Origin: Thermoanaerobaculia bacterium | GTDB lineage: Bacteria > Acidobacteriota > Thermoanaerobaculia > Multivoradales > UBA5704 | Reading direction: 5' to 3' | NCBI GenBank assembly: GCA_035995205.1 | Contig: DASYKS010000102.1 | Coordinates: 3,069-67,068, forward strand | DNA: 64,000 nucleotides | Part shown: positions 45,813 through 55,614 of the stretch, piece after piece | Layout: each line of letters starts with the position of its first letter | Numbering within the stretch: position 1 is the stretch's first letter | The notes under the pieces: model-generated | Database searches by the model: none | Told to the model about the DNA's origin: nothing | The model's input: the letters and a program-made list of their open reading frames with translations, nothing else | Translations under genes and position numbers: made by a program

Positions 45813-47636
45813 GTGCCGATCCAACTTCGTGTCTTTTCCCGGCGCCGCGCGGCGCTGATCACCGCCTTCGTCCTGGCCTTCGGGCTCGCGGCCGGCTTGG
45901 CCGCCCATGCCGCGGGCGCACCCGCCAAGCCGGCCTGGGTCGAGAAAAGCGACAAGAACGCCCAAGTGCTGATCGACCTGTTGGCCCGCTTCGCCCCTGA
46001 GGGAGCGAGCATGTTCGGGGTCGACGGCTACGACGACAAGATTACCGACCTCACCCCCGGCTTCTTCGAGCGCCAGATGACCGCGACGAAAGGAGCGGTC
46101 GCCGAGCTTGAAAAGCGCCTGGCCGGCGAGACCGATCCGGACGTCCGCCAGGATCTGGAGATCCTGATCGACTCGGCCAAGGACAACATGCACGGGGCCG
46201 AGGTCACCCAGCGGCTCTCGGTGCCGTTCAACGACATCCACCAGCTGATCTTCGAGGGCATCCGGACCCTCCTCGACGACCAGGTCCCGGCCGAGCGGCA
46301 GAAGTCCGCGGTGGTCCGCCTGCGCCGCTATGCCGGGCTCGACGGCGGCAAGCCGTTCACCGTGCTCGCGATGGACTACACGCGCGAGCGCATGAAGCAG
46401 CCGGGCCTCGTGCAGCCGACCCAGGCCGAGGTCGAAAAAGCGCTCCAGACCACGGCGACGTTCTCGGACGGGATCGGCCAGCTGTTCCAGAAGTTCGGCG
46501 TCGCGGGCTACGAGGAGGCCTACGCCGCGGTCAAAAAGCAGCTCGCCGAGTACGAGGCGTTCGAGCGCAACGAGGTGCTGCCCAAGGCGCGCACCGACTT
46601 CCGGCTGCCCGAGGAGCTTTACCAGCTGTCGCTCAAGCAGGTGGGCGTCGACCTGCCGGTCGAAGAGCTGGTCGCGCGCGCCCAGACCTCGTTCCGCGAG
46701 ATCCAGAACGAGATGGCGACACTCGCCCCGCTGGTCGCCAAGGAGAAGGGCTTCGCCCCGACTCACGACTACCGCGCCGTGCTCAAGGAGCTCAAGAAGC
46801 AGCAGATCGTGGGCGAGGCGATCCAGCCGTTCTACGAGCAGCGGATCAAGGATCTGGAGAAGATCATCCGCGAGGGCAAGATCGTCACCCTGCCCGACCG
46901 GCCGATGCGCATCCGGCTCGCGAGCGCGGCCGAGAGCGCGGCGACCCCGGCGCCCAACATGCACCCGCCGCGGATGATCGGCAACACCGGAGAGCAGGGT
47001 GAGTTCGTGCTGCCGCTGCGCATCGCGGGGGCGGACGGCAAGCTGATTGGCTTCGACGACTTCACGTTCGACGCCGCCGGCTGGACGCTCACCGCCCACG
47101 AGGGGCGACCGGGCCACGAGCTCCAGTTCTCGGCGCTGATCGAGAAGGGAGTGTCGCTCGCCCGCGTGCTGTTCGCGTTCAACAGCGTCAACGTCGAAGG
47201 CTGGGGCCTCTACGCCGAGGCCGAGGCGAAGCCGTACGAGCCGCTCGACGGCCAGCTCGTCGCGCTCCAGCACCGGCTGATGCGCGCCGCCCGCGCAATC
47301 CTCGATCCGGGCCTCCAGCTCGGCCGGATCACCAAGGAGGAGGCGACCCGCGTGCTGACCGAGGACGTGGGCCTCTCCGACGCGATGGCGCTCCAGGAGG
47401 TCGAGCGCTACACCTTCCGCGCGCCGGCGCAGGCGACGGCGTACTTCTACGGCTACCAGCGGCTGATGGAGCTGCGCACCGAGGCCGAGCGCGCGCTTGG
47501 GCAAGGCTTCGACCGCCAACGCTTCAACGACTTCATCCTGGCCCAGGGCCTACTGCCGCCGCGACTGCTCAAGAAAGCGGTGCTGGAGAGCTTCGTGCCG
47601 CGGGAAAAGGGGATGGCGACAAAGACTGCCCCGTGA
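45813..47636 (+). CDS. DUF885 family protein (putative secreted metallopeptidase-like, HExxxGH)
   Basis: GTG start with AAGGAGA 7 nt upstream, giving MPIQLRVFSRRRAALITAFVLAFGLAAGLAAHAAGA (signal peptide). Motif LTAHEGRPGHELQ. Confidence 0.8.
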   Translation: MPIQLRVFSRRRAALITAFVLAFGLAAGLAAHAAGAPAKPAWVEKSDKNAQVLIDLLARFAPEGASMFGVDGYDDKITDLTPGFFERQMTATKGAVAELEKRLAGETDPDVRQDLEILIDSAKDNMHGAEVTQRLSVPFNDIHQLIFEGIRTLLDDQVPAERQKSAVVRLRRYAGLDGGKPFTVLAMDYTRERMKQPGLVQPTQAEVEKALQTTATFSDGIGQLFQKFGVAGYEEAYAAVKKQLAEYEAFERNEVLPKARTDFRLPEELYQLSLKQVGVDLPVEELVARAQTSFREIQNEMATLAPLVAKEKGFAPTHDYRAVLKELKKQQIVGEAIQPFYEQRIKDLEKIIREGKIVTLPDRPMRIRLASAAESAATPAPNMHPPRMIGNTGEQGEFVLPLRIAGADGKLIGFDDFTFDAAGWTLTAHEGRPGHELQFSALIEKGVSLARVLFAFNSVNVEGWGLYAEAEAKPYEPLDGQLVALQHRLMRAARAILDPGLQLGRITKEEATRVLTEDVGLSDAMALQEVERYTFRAPAQATAYFYGYQRLMELRTEAERALGQGFDRQRFNDFILAQGLLPPRLLKKAVLESFVPREKGMATKTAP

Positions 47637-47727
47637 CGCTGGCGAACGCACCCGCGAAGTTCGAAAAAGTCAATGGCCATGGTAACATCCGCCCCCATTC
47701 GGGCTCTAGGGCACTGCGGAGAACGCC

Positions 47728-48243
47728 ATGGCCATGACTCCTCTCACCCCGCTGGACGTGCAGCGGATGAAGTTTGCGACCAAGATGCGGGGGTACGATC
47801 CCCGGGAGGTCGAGGACTTTCTGGCTCTGGTCGCCGAGGAGCTCGCGCAGCGGGTCGGCCAGGTCGAGAAGCTGGAGCGCGAGTCCAAGTACTACCGCCA
47901 GCGGATCGAAGAGGCCGAAGAGCGCGAGCACCAGCTACAGCAGACGCTTTTGCGCGCGCAGAAGGTGGCCGACGAGATCACTGCCAATGCCCGCCGCGAG
48001 GCGGAGCTGATGGTGCGCGAGGCGGAAGGGGTGGCCGATCGCGTCGTCCATCAGGCGGTCGAGCAGACGACCCGGATGGAGACCCGCATCCAGGAGCTGC
48101 GCACCATGCGCAAGGAGCTGCAGCACAAGTTCCGCAACACGATCGACCTGTTCCAGCGCATCCTCGAAGCCGAGATGGAAGAGGAGCGCATCCCCGGCGG
48201 CGGTACCGTCATCCAATTGCCGCGCAAGAAGCGCGAGGCGTAA
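47728..48243 (+). CDS. divIVA: DivIVA domain-containing protein
   Basis: LTPLDVQRMKFATKMRGYDPREVEDFL N-terminal DivIVA motif, then coiled coil. Confidence 0.85.
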   Translation: MAMTPLTPLDVQRMKFATKMRGYDPREVEDFLALVAEELAQRVGQVEKLERESKYYRQRIEEAEEREHQLQQTLLRAQKVADEITANARREAELMVREAEGVADRVVHQAVEQTTRMETRIQELRTMRKELQHKFRNTIDLFQRILEAEMEEERIPGGGTVIQLPRKKREA

Positions 48244-48250
48244 ACGCGCA

Positions 48251-48580
48251 ATGCCCGGGCCGAGCCCGGCTGGCGACCTGCGTGGGATTCCGGCACCGCT
48301 CGCCGAACGGCTGTTTCCCGATATCGCGCGCGGGGATCTGACGCTCGAATCTTCCCCGGGCGGGTCCCGCTCGCTCGTGCTCGCCCGCCTGCTGGAAGAT
48401 GGCGACCGCGCCGATCTCGCCTGGTTGTTCGCCGCGTTGCCGGAAGGGGAGATCGCCGCCTGGCTCGGTGCGCACGGCGGGCGCAAGCTGTCGCGCCGGA
48501 GCGCCGCCTATTGGCAGACCGTTCTGGGAATCCCCGCGGGACCCCCCGCCGCGGGGCGCGCGGATCTCTGGCCGTTGTGA
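48251..48580 (+). CDS. small Trp-rich partner protein of NTase copy 3 (putative antitoxin-like), family unknown
   Basis: 109 aa. DRADLAWLFAALPEGEIAAWLGAHGGRKLSRRSAAYWQTVLG aligns with the partners at 21351 and 35802. Confidence 0.45.
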   Translation: MPGPSPAGDLRGIPAPLAERLFPDIARGDLTLESSPGGSRSLVLARLLEDGDRADLAWLFAALPEGEIAAWLGAHGGRKLSRRSAAYWQTVLGIPAGPPAAGRADLWPL

Positions 48581-48597
48581 GATCCTCGCCCGCGGTC

Positions 48598-49314
48598 ATG
48601 AGCCCCACCGCCGCCGAACCGAATCTCGCTCTCGACCATCGAGAGGCCCTGGCGCCGCAGAGCGCCGCGCTCGCCGCCCGGTTCGGCGCGGCGGGTTGGG
48701 CGGCGGACTTCTATCTCGCGGGATCGGCGGCGCTCGCGCTCTATCTCGGCCATCGGCCGGTGCGCGATCTCGACCTTATGAGCAACGCGAACCGGTTGAC
48801 GCCCCCCGATCGCCGCGACCTGCTCGGCGCGCTGCTCGAAATGGAGCCCGGCACCGAGGTCGAGACCGCGCGTGACGGCTATCTATTTGTTCGCATGCCA
48901 GGGATGGCTCCCGAGACTGCAGGGGTCGGCGTCCGATTCTTCTATTACCCCTACCCGCTCGCCGACGCGTTCGAGGAGATCGAGGGTTTCTCGGTCGCCT
49001 CGGCCGTCGATCTCGGCCTGATGAAGCTCGGCGCGATCATCAGCCGGGGCACGCGGCGCGATTTCGTCGACCTCTACCTGCTCTGCCGTCGGCTGTCGCT
49101 TTCCGAGTTGCTCGCGCGCGCCGAGGACAAGTTCGGCCACGTGCGCGACTTTCCGCTCCAGGCGCTCAAGGGGCTCGCCGATTTTTCCGCGGCGGCCGAC
49201 GAACCGATGCCGAAGCTCGCGCAGCCGTTGGCTTGGGAAGAGGTGGAAAGCTGGTTCGCCGAGCAGGTGCGCACCCTAGGCCGCGAGCATGCCGGCCTGG
49301 GAGAGTCGAAATGA
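48598..49314 (+). CDS. nucleotidyltransferase, AbiEii/AbiGii (DUF1814) toxin family; copy 3
   Basis: Start MSPTAAEP; a GTG at 48577 overlapping the partner stop (GTGA) is an alternative. Motif FYLAGSAALALYLGHRPVRDLDLM. The stop overlaps the hutI ATG. Confidence 0.75.
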   Translation: MSPTAAEPNLALDHREALAPQSAALAARFGAAGWAADFYLAGSAALALYLGHRPVRDLDLMSNANRLTPPDRRDLLGALLEMEPGTEVETARDGYLFVRMPGMAPETAGVGVRFFYYPYPLADAFEEIEGFSVASAVDLGLMKLGAIISRGTRRDFVDLYLLCRRLSLSELLARAEDKFGHVRDFPLQALKGLADFSAAADEPMPKLAQPLAWEEVESWFAEQVRTLGREHAGLGESK

Positions 49315-50600
49315 CCGGCGACCTGCTGATCGAAAACCTCGCCGAGGTCGCGACGGCGGAAGGCATTTCCCCGCGCCGCGGATCGGAGCAGGGCCGTGTG
49401 CGCAGAACCCGCCACTCGGAGGGTATCGAGGTGCTCTGCCGGGAGGGCCGGATCGCGTTCGTGGGGCCGGCGGCCGAGCGCCGTGCGAGTTTCGGCGATC
49501 TCTCCGATCTTCCCCGTCTCGACGGCAAGCGCGGCACGCTGATTCCCGGCTTCGTCGATCCGCACACGCACATCCCCTGGGCCGGCACGCGCGAGACCGA
49601 GCTGTTCGAACGTCTGGCAGGGAAGACCTACCAGGCGATAGCGGCCGAAGGGGGCGGGATCTTGAGCACCGTCGCCGCGACCCGCCGGGCGTCCGAAGAC
49701 GAGATCACGGGCAACGTACTCCGCCATCTCGACTGGATGCTCGCGGGGGGCACCACGACCATCGAGGCGAAAAGCGGCTACGGGCTCAACCTGGCGGACG
49801 AGATGAAGCAGCTCGTGGCGCTTCAACGCGCGGCGGCCGAGCACCCGGTGCGGGTATTGCCGACTCTCCTAGCCGCCCACGAGGTGCCGCCCGAGCATCG
49901 CGCCGACGCAGGAGGTCGCGCGCGCTACGTCGATCTGATCTGCGACGAGATCGTTCCTGCGGTGGCGGCTCGCGGCCTCGCGCGTTTTTGCGATGTCTTC
50001 TGCGAGGCGGGAGTGTTTTCGCCCGAGGAATCCCGGCGGGTGCTCGAAGCAGGAATCCGCCATGGGCTCGCGCCGCGCCTGCATGCCGACGAGTTCGCCG
50101 ATTCGGGCGGCGCGGAGCTGGCGGCCGAGCTGGGCGCTCTCTCGGCCGATCATCTGATGGCGGTCTCCGAGCGCGGGATCGAAGCGCTCGCGGGCAGCGG
50201 CGTGACCGCGGTTCTGCTGCCCGGCACCAGCTTTTTCCTCAAGAAGGAGCGCTATGCTCCCGCCCGGCGGATGATCGAAGCGGGCATTCCCGTGGCGCTC
50301 GCGACCGACTGCAATCCCGGCTCGTCCTACACCGAATCGATGCCCATGATCGTGACGCTCGCGGTGTTCGCGCTCGGCCTTTCGGTCGAAGAAAGCCTTA
50401 CGGCCGCGACGCTCAACGCCGCCTGCTGCCTTGGGGTGGGTGACGAGGTGGGCACGATCGAGATCGGCAAGCGTGCCGATCTCGCGTTGCTCGACGCGCC
50501 GAACCTGCTCCATCTCGCCTATCACTACGGCGTGAATCCGATCGCGGCGGTCGTCCGCGAAGGCCGCTTGGTCTATCGCTCCGGCGGGCGTATCGTCTGA
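49311..50600 (+). CDS. hutI: imidazolonepropionase
   Basis: Start MTGDLLIENL. Amidohydrolase motifs (GFVDPHTH, HADE, ATDCNPGSS). Confidence 0.85.
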   Translation: MTGDLLIENLAEVATAEGISPRRGSEQGRVRRTRHSEGIEVLCREGRIAFVGPAAERRASFGDLSDLPRLDGKRGTLIPGFVDPHTHIPWAGTRETELFERLAGKTYQAIAAEGGGILSTVAATRRASEDEITGNVLRHLDWMLAGGTTTIEAKSGYGLNLADEMKQLVALQRAAAEHPVRVLPTLLAAHEVPPEHRADAGGRARYVDLICDEIVPAVAARGLARFCDVFCEAGVFSPEESRRVLEAGIRHGLAPRLHADEFADSGGAELAAELGALSADHLMAVSERGIEALAGSGVTAVLLPGTSFFLKKERYAPARRMIEAGIPVALATDCNPGSSYTESMPMIVTLAVFALGLSVEESLTAATLNAACCLGVGDEVGTIEIGKRADLALLDAPNLLHLAYHYGVNPIAAVVREGRLVYRSGGRIV

Positions 50601-50653
50601 CCTCGCCTTTCGGCGCCGATCCCAGACTTTTCCAACCAGGGGAAAAATCCACC

Positions 50654-51109
50654 ATGCGCAAAATCTCGATCGCCCACGCCTTCGCCGCGGCGGCTCTGCT
50701 TGCCCTCGCCTGCGTCGGCCCCGCGCTCGCCGACGGCAAGGAGAAACCGATGACCACGGAACCGAAGGAAGTGACCACCCCCACGGGCCTCAAGTACACC
50801 GACCTCAAAGTGGGCGACGGCGCCGTGGCGAAAGCCGGCGACACGGTCCAGGTCCACTACACGGGCACCCTGGAGAGCGGCGCGAAGTTCGATTCCAGCC
50901 GCGATCGCGGCGTGCCGCTCGTATTTCGCGTTGGCGTCGGGCAGGTGATCAAAGGATGGGACGAAGGGATTGCCGGAATGAAAGTGGGCGGCCAGAGGAA
51001 GCTCGTGATCCCCGCGAAGCTCGGCTACGGCGCGCAGGGATTTGGCAGCGTGATCCCGCCGAACGCGACTCTGCTGTTCGACGTCGAGCTGGTCGGGATC
51101 AAGCCGTAG
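50654..51109 (+). CDS. FKBP-type peptidyl-prolyl cis-trans isomerase, secreted
   Basis: Signal peptide plus FKBP domain (VQVHYTGTLESGAKFDSS...LFDVELVGIK). Confidence 0.85.
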   Translation: MRKISIAHAFAAAALLALACVGPALADGKEKPMTTEPKEVTTPTGLKYTDLKVGDGAVAKAGDTVQVHYTGTLESGAKFDSSRDRGVPLVFRVGVGQVIKGWDEGIAGMKVGGQRKLVIPAKLGYGAQGFGSVIPPNATLLFDVELVGIKP

Positions 51110-51131
51110 GCACGCGCTAGGATAGCCCTGC

Positions 51132-51731
51132 ATGGGCGCCCTCCCTCTCGACTCCCGCTCTCTCTACCTGCTGCTGATCGCGCTCGTCGCGGTGCAGCGG
51201 CTCGCGGAGCTGGCGCTTTCCAAGCGGAATCTGGCGCTTGCGCTCGCTGCGGGCGGGAAAGAGGTCGAGTCCGGCCACTATCCCGTCATGGTGGCCCTTC
51301 ATACCGCGTTCCTGATCGCCTGTCCGGTAGAGGTATACCTGTTCGACCGGCCGTTCGTGCCGGCTCTGGGACTCGTCTGCGGGATCGTCCTCGCGTTCGC
51401 CACTTGCCTGCGTTATTGGGCGATCGGCACGCTCGGAGCGCGGTGGAATACGCGGATCGTCGTCGTGCCGGGGGCGGCACCGGTGGTCGGCGGGCCGTTC
51501 CGCTTCCTGCGCCACCCGAACTACCTGGCGGTGATCCTGGAGATCGCGTTCCTGCCGCTCTTGCATGGCGCTTGGGTGACCGCGGTCGTTTTCTCGCTCG
51601 CCAACGCCGCCCTTTTGCGCGTACGGATCTCGGCCGAAGAGAAGGCTCTTGCGGAGGTCTCGGGCTACGAGCGCGCCTTCGCCGGCCGGCCGCGGTTGAT
51701 TCCTTCCGGCTCGGAGGCCTCCTCCCGATGA
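51132..51731 (+). CDS. isoprenylcysteine carboxyl methyltransferase (ICMT)/phospholipid methyltransferase family membrane protein
   Basis: 199 aa, multi-TM. C-terminal FRFLRHPNYLAVILEIAFLPLL...AEEKAL motif. Confidence 0.7.
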   Translation: MGALPLDSRSLYLLLIALVAVQRLAELALSKRNLALALAAGGKEVESGHYPVMVALHTAFLIACPVEVYLFDRPFVPALGLVCGIVLAFATCLRYWAIGTLGARWNTRIVVVPGAAPVVGGPFRFLRHPNYLAVILEIAFLPLLHGAWVTAVVFSLANAALLRVRISAEEKALAEVSGYERAFAGRPRLIPSGSEASSR

Positions 51732-51988
51732 CAGCGAGCTATTCCACGGGGGCCGACGCGATCCTGTTGGGCGTGACCGACATCGCGCAGCGGCATCTGG
51801 GCTGGGAGGGTCCGCTCGCCCTCGACATGCGTCTGGTCGAAGATCTGGCGCTCGATTCGGTGCGCCTGCTCACACTTGCCGCCGAGGTCGAGAACCGGTT
51901 TCGCGTGCTGCTCGACGAGCGGGATGAGGCGGCGCTCGAAACCGTCGGCAACTTGGTCGACATCGTGCGCAAGAAGCTCGGAGGCTGA
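51728..51988 (+). CDS. acyl carrier protein-like (phosphopantetheine attachment site)
   Basis: 86 aa. Start overlaps the upstream stop (ATGA). LALDSVRLLTLAAEVENRF contains the DS(V/L) PPant motif. Confidence 0.65.
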   Translation: MTASYSTGADAILLGVTDIAQRHLGWEGPLALDMRLVEDLALDSVRLLTLAAEVENRFRVLLDERDEAALETVGNLVDIVRKKLGG

Positions 51989-51990
51989 AG

Positions 51991-53787
51991 ATGGCCGCGA
52001 GACCCCAAGCCTCAGGAGGCACCGTCACGCTGCTCGATTTGCTCGCGCGCGTGAGCGAAGACTTCCAAGGGGGCCTCCGTTTCATCGCGCGCGATGAGAG
52101 CGCCACCTGGCACGGCTGGGCCGACGTGCGGGCGCGCGCCGAGGCCGTGGCGGGCAACCTTGCCGCTTCGGGCGTCGTGCCGGGAGATCGCATCGCGCTG
52201 GTCTATCCGACCGGGATCGATTTCTTCGCCGCCCTGTTCGGCACGCTGCTCGCGGGCGCTGTCCCCGTACCGCTTTATCCGCCGGTGCGCCTCGGCCGGC
52301 TCGACGAATACTTTCGCCGCACCGCCCGGATGCTCGAACTGGCGCGCGCCCGCCTGGTGCTCGCCGATGCGCGCGTGCAGCGGATTCTTGGGCAAACGAT
52401 CGCCCTGGCCCGGCCGCCGCTCGGCTGCAAGACGCTCGACCAACTGCCGAAGGGCGGAGCGATGCCTGGGGGGGCCGCGGTTTCGGTGAGGCCGGACGAT
52501 CTCGCCCTGGTGCAGTACTCCTCGGGCACCACGGTCGATCCCAAGCCGGTCGCCCTTTCGCATCGCGCGGTGATCGCCCAAATCGCCGCCTTGAACCTCT
52601 TCTGGCGCGACACGCCGGAACACAAGCACAGCGGCGTTTCCTGGCTGCCGCTTTACCACGACATGGGGTTGATCGGTTGCGTCTTTCCTTCGCTCGCGCG
52701 CGACGCGACGCTAACCCTGATCGGCCCCGAGCTGTTCATCGCGCGTCCCGCGATCTGGCTGCGAACGCTGTCGAAATACCGAGGCACGATCTCGCCCGCG
52801 CCGAACTTCGGCTACGCGCTCTGTCTGTCGCGCGTCTCCGACGACGAGATCGAGGGGCTCGACCTGTCCGCCTGGGAGGCCGCCTTGAACGGTGCCGAGG
52901 CGGCGGTACCCGCGACGATGCGCGCCTTCGCCGCCCGGTTCGCCCCCTACGGCTTCCGCCCCGAAGCGTTCACCCCTGTTTACGGCCTGTCCGAAGCGGC
53001 GCTCGCCGTCACCTTCTCGGACCTCGCCGGACCGTTCGTCGCCGAGCGGTTCGATCGCGAGGCGCTGGCGAGCGAAGGCGTCGCCCGGGTCGACGGCGAA
53101 GGTCGCGAGATCACCTCGGTCGGTCGGCCGTTGCCGGGCTATTCGGTGCGCGTGGCCGACGAAAACGGCCTTACCGTTCCCGAAGGGACGATCGGTCGGG
53201 TCTGGGCGTCCGGCCCTTCGCTCATGACCGGCTACCTCGACCAGCCGGAGGCGACGGAGCGCGCGCTCCGCGGCGGTTGGCTCGATACCGGAGATCTCGG
53301 GTTTCTGCATCGCGGCGACCTGTACCTGACCGGTCGGGCGAAAGACGTGGTGATCCTCCGTGGCCGCAACTACGCGCCGGAGGAGATCGAGCGCGCGGTC
53401 GACTCCGTTCCCGGCGTGCGCACCGGTTGCGCGGTCGCCGCGAGCTTCCTGCCCGAAGGGGCGGACGGCGAGGAGCTGGTGCTGCTGGTCGAGACCGCGC
53501 GGGGAATCACGCCCGAACAGCGCGCCGCCCTGCCGCGCGCCTGTCGCGACGCGGTTCTCGGCGCGGTGGGCGTGCCGGTGGGCGAGCTGGTGCTTCTGGC
53601 TCCCGGGACTCTGCCTCGCACCTCCTCCGGCAAGCTCCGCCGCGGCGAAGCGTTGCGGCTGCATCTGGCCGGGGAGCTCACGGCTCCGGAAACGGTGACA
53701 CCCCTCCGCCTCGCCGGGGCGCTCGCGCGCTCCGGTCTTGCCTATGCCCGCTTGCGTCTCAAGAAGAAAGTGCGCGCTCATGGTTGA
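51991..53787 (+). CDS. fatty acyl-AMP ligase / AMP-dependent synthetase
   Basis: 598 aa. GGAGG 7 nt upstream of the ATG. AMP-binding motifs (LVQYSSGTTVDPKPV, YGLSEA). The architecture suggests FAAL. Confidence 0.8.
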   Translation: MAARPQASGGTVTLLDLLARVSEDFQGGLRFIARDESATWHGWADVRARAEAVAGNLAASGVVPGDRIALVYPTGIDFFAALFGTLLAGAVPVPLYPPVRLGRLDEYFRRTARMLELARARLVLADARVQRILGQTIALARPPLGCKTLDQLPKGGAMPGGAAVSVRPDDLALVQYSSGTTVDPKPVALSHRAVIAQIAALNLFWRDTPEHKHSGVSWLPLYHDMGLIGCVFPSLARDATLTLIGPELFIARPAIWLRTLSKYRGTISPAPNFGYALCLSRVSDDEIEGLDLSAWEAALNGAEAAVPATMRAFAARFAPYGFRPEAFTPVYGLSEAALAVTFSDLAGPFVAERFDREALASEGVARVDGEGREITSVGRPLPGYSVRVADENGLTVPEGTIGRVWASGPSLMTGYLDQPEATERALRGGWLDTGDLGFLHRGDLYLTGRAKDVVILRGRNYAPEEIERAVDSVPGVRTGCAVAASFLPEGADGEELVLLVETARGITPEQRAALPRACRDAVLGAVGVPVGELVLLAPGTLPRTSSGKLRRGEALRLHLAGELTAPETVTPLRLAGALARSGLAYARLRLKKKVRAHG

Positions 53788-54904
53788 AATCGCCGATGTC
53801 GTGATCGTCGGCGGCGGGCCGATCGGTCTCGCGACCGCGATCGCGGCCCGGCGCGCGGGGCTCTCTCCCGTCGTGCTCGATCGCGGCCGGCCGCCGATCG
53901 ACGGCGCCTGCGGCGAGGGGCTGATGCCCGACGCGGTCGAGCTGCTTGGGCGTCTCGGCGTCGATCTCGCCCGGATGGGCGGCTTTCGGTTTCGCGGCAT
54001 CCGCTATCTCGAAGGGGATCTCTCCGTCGAAGGGACCTTTCCCGACGCTCAAGGGCTGGCGGTCGGCCGCGCCGATTTTCATGCCGCGCTGGTCGCCCGC
54101 GCGGAGCAGGTCGGTGTCGACCTCCGCTGGGGCACCCCGGCGCGCGGTCTCGCGCTCGAAGGCTCCAAGGCTCTCGGGGTCGAGACCGATGGCGGCCTCG
54201 TCTCGGGTCGGTTCGTCGTGGGTGCCGATGGGCTCCGCTCGAAAGTGCGCCATTGGGCGGGCTTGGAAGAGCCCTCGCCCGCCCCGATCCGGTTCGGCAT
54301 GCGCCGCCATTTCGAAGCCGAGCCCTGGTGCGATTTCGTTGAGGTCTATTGGGGACCCGGCTGCGAGGCCTACGTCTATGGCCTGGGAGCCCGCGAGATG
54401 GGGGTCGCCCTCCTCTGGTCGGGAGAGAAGGCGAATTTCGACCAGCTGCTGGAGCGTTTCCCCGCGGTCGCCGCGCGTCTGCGCGACGCGCCGGTCACTT
54501 CGCGCGATCTGGGCGCCGGGCCGCTCGATCGAAGGGTGACCGCGGTTTGCCGTGGCAACGTCGCTTTGGTTGGCGACGCCTCCGGCTATCGCGACGCGAT
54601 CACCGGCGAGGGGATCGCCAAGGGGCTGCACCAGGCGATGGCGCTCGTCGAGGCGCTCTCCCGCGGGCGCCTATCCGGTTACCCGGCCGCCCACCGGCGC
54701 GCGAGCCGGTTGCCCGACGCGATGACCGCGATCACCATGGCGTTCGAGCGCCGCCCGCGCCTGCGCCGTCGCGCTCTGGTCGCCCTGGCCAAGGAACCCG
54801 CGATCTTCTCCCGCCTGCTCGGCATCCACGCGCGCGCCTTGCCCGTCCGCAGCCTCGGTCTCGGCGCGGCGGGGCGCCTCGCCTGGCACTTCGTCGCCGG
54901 CTGA
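53780..54904 (+). CDS. FAD-dependent oxidoreductase (geranylgeranyl-reductase/monooxygenase-like)
   Basis: Start MVEIADVVIVGGGPIGLATAIAARRAG (GxGxxG), overlapping the FAAL end. GD motif VALVGDASGY. Confidence 0.75.
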   Translation: MVEIADVVIVGGGPIGLATAIAARRAGLSPVVLDRGRPPIDGACGEGLMPDAVELLGRLGVDLARMGGFRFRGIRYLEGDLSVEGTFPDAQGLAVGRADFHAALVARAEQVGVDLRWGTPARGLALEGSKALGVETDGGLVSGRFVVGADGLRSKVRHWAGLEEPSPAPIRFGMRRHFEAEPWCDFVEVYWGPGCEAYVYGLGAREMGVALLWSGEKANFDQLLERFPAVAARLRDAPVTSRDLGAGPLDRRVTAVCRGNVALVGDASGYRDAITGEGIAKGLHQAMALVEALSRGRLSGYPAAHRRASRLPDAMTAITMAFERRPRLRRRALVALAKEPAIFSRLLGIHARALPVRSLGLGAAGRLAWHFVAG

Positions 54905-55055
54905 AATCGGGGTAGTGGATCAGTTTGCCTCCTCGCTCCTTCGGGCGCCTTCGGCAGCAGCCAGTCGCTGCGGGGCAAACTGAGCCCCTACCGGAGCCAG
55001 TTTCCGCGTAGGATCTGTGCTCGATCGCAAACGCTGGCCTGGAACGGAGGGAACC

Positions 55056-55613
55056 ATGATTCGTATCGTGAAGACTCTGATCGCGGCCGTGCTCATGACC
55101 GCGCCGGGTTTCGCCATCACCTTCGAGCTCGACCCCCAGCAGACGACTCTCGCCATGACTTTTGGCGCCACGATGCATCGGGTGAACGGCTCTCTCAAGG
55201 TCCGCGAGGGGCGGATCGTCATCTCCGAAGGAGGGTCGGCGAGCGGGCGGATCGTAATCGATCTCACCACCGCGCAGACCGGCGTCGTCCGGCGCGACCG
55301 CAAGATGCACGAGAAGATCCTCGAAAGCGCCCGCTTTCCCCTGGCGGTGTTCACGATCGAGCGAATGGACGGGACTGTCAACCGGATCGGATCGAGCGAC
55401 ATCCAGCTCCACGGCAAGCTGGAGATGCACGGCGTCACGCGGCAGGTGGCCCTCCCGGCGCGGGTCACCTCCGACGGGCACCGGGTGTCCGCCAGCGGCG
55501 TCCTCCTCATTCCCTACTTGCAGTGGGGCATGGCCGATCCCAGCTTCTTCATCCTACGGGTGGAAAAGCAGGTGAAAGTGACCGTCAAGACAGCCGGTCG
55601 AATCAGCAATTAA
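55056..55613 (+). CDS. YceI family periplasmic protein (polyisoprenoid-binding fold)
   Basis: Start MIRIVKTLIAAVL with GGAGG 5 nt upstream. Signal peptide and YceI-like barrel pattern. Confidence 0.75.
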   Translation: MIRIVKTLIAAVLMTAPGFAITFELDPQQTTLAMTFGATMHRVNGSLKVREGRIVISEGGSASGRIVIDLTTAQTGVVRRDRKMHEKILESARFPLAVFTIERMDGTVNRIGSSDIQLHGKLEMHGVTRQVALPARVTSDGHRVSASGVLLIPYLQWGMADPSFFILRVEKQVKVTVKTAGRISN

Positions 55614-55614
55614 C

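Noticed and set aside
45657-47519. 620-aa minus-strand ORF
   Set aside because: Antisense to the DUF885 gene, whose HExxxGH motif and signal peptide are on the plus strand.
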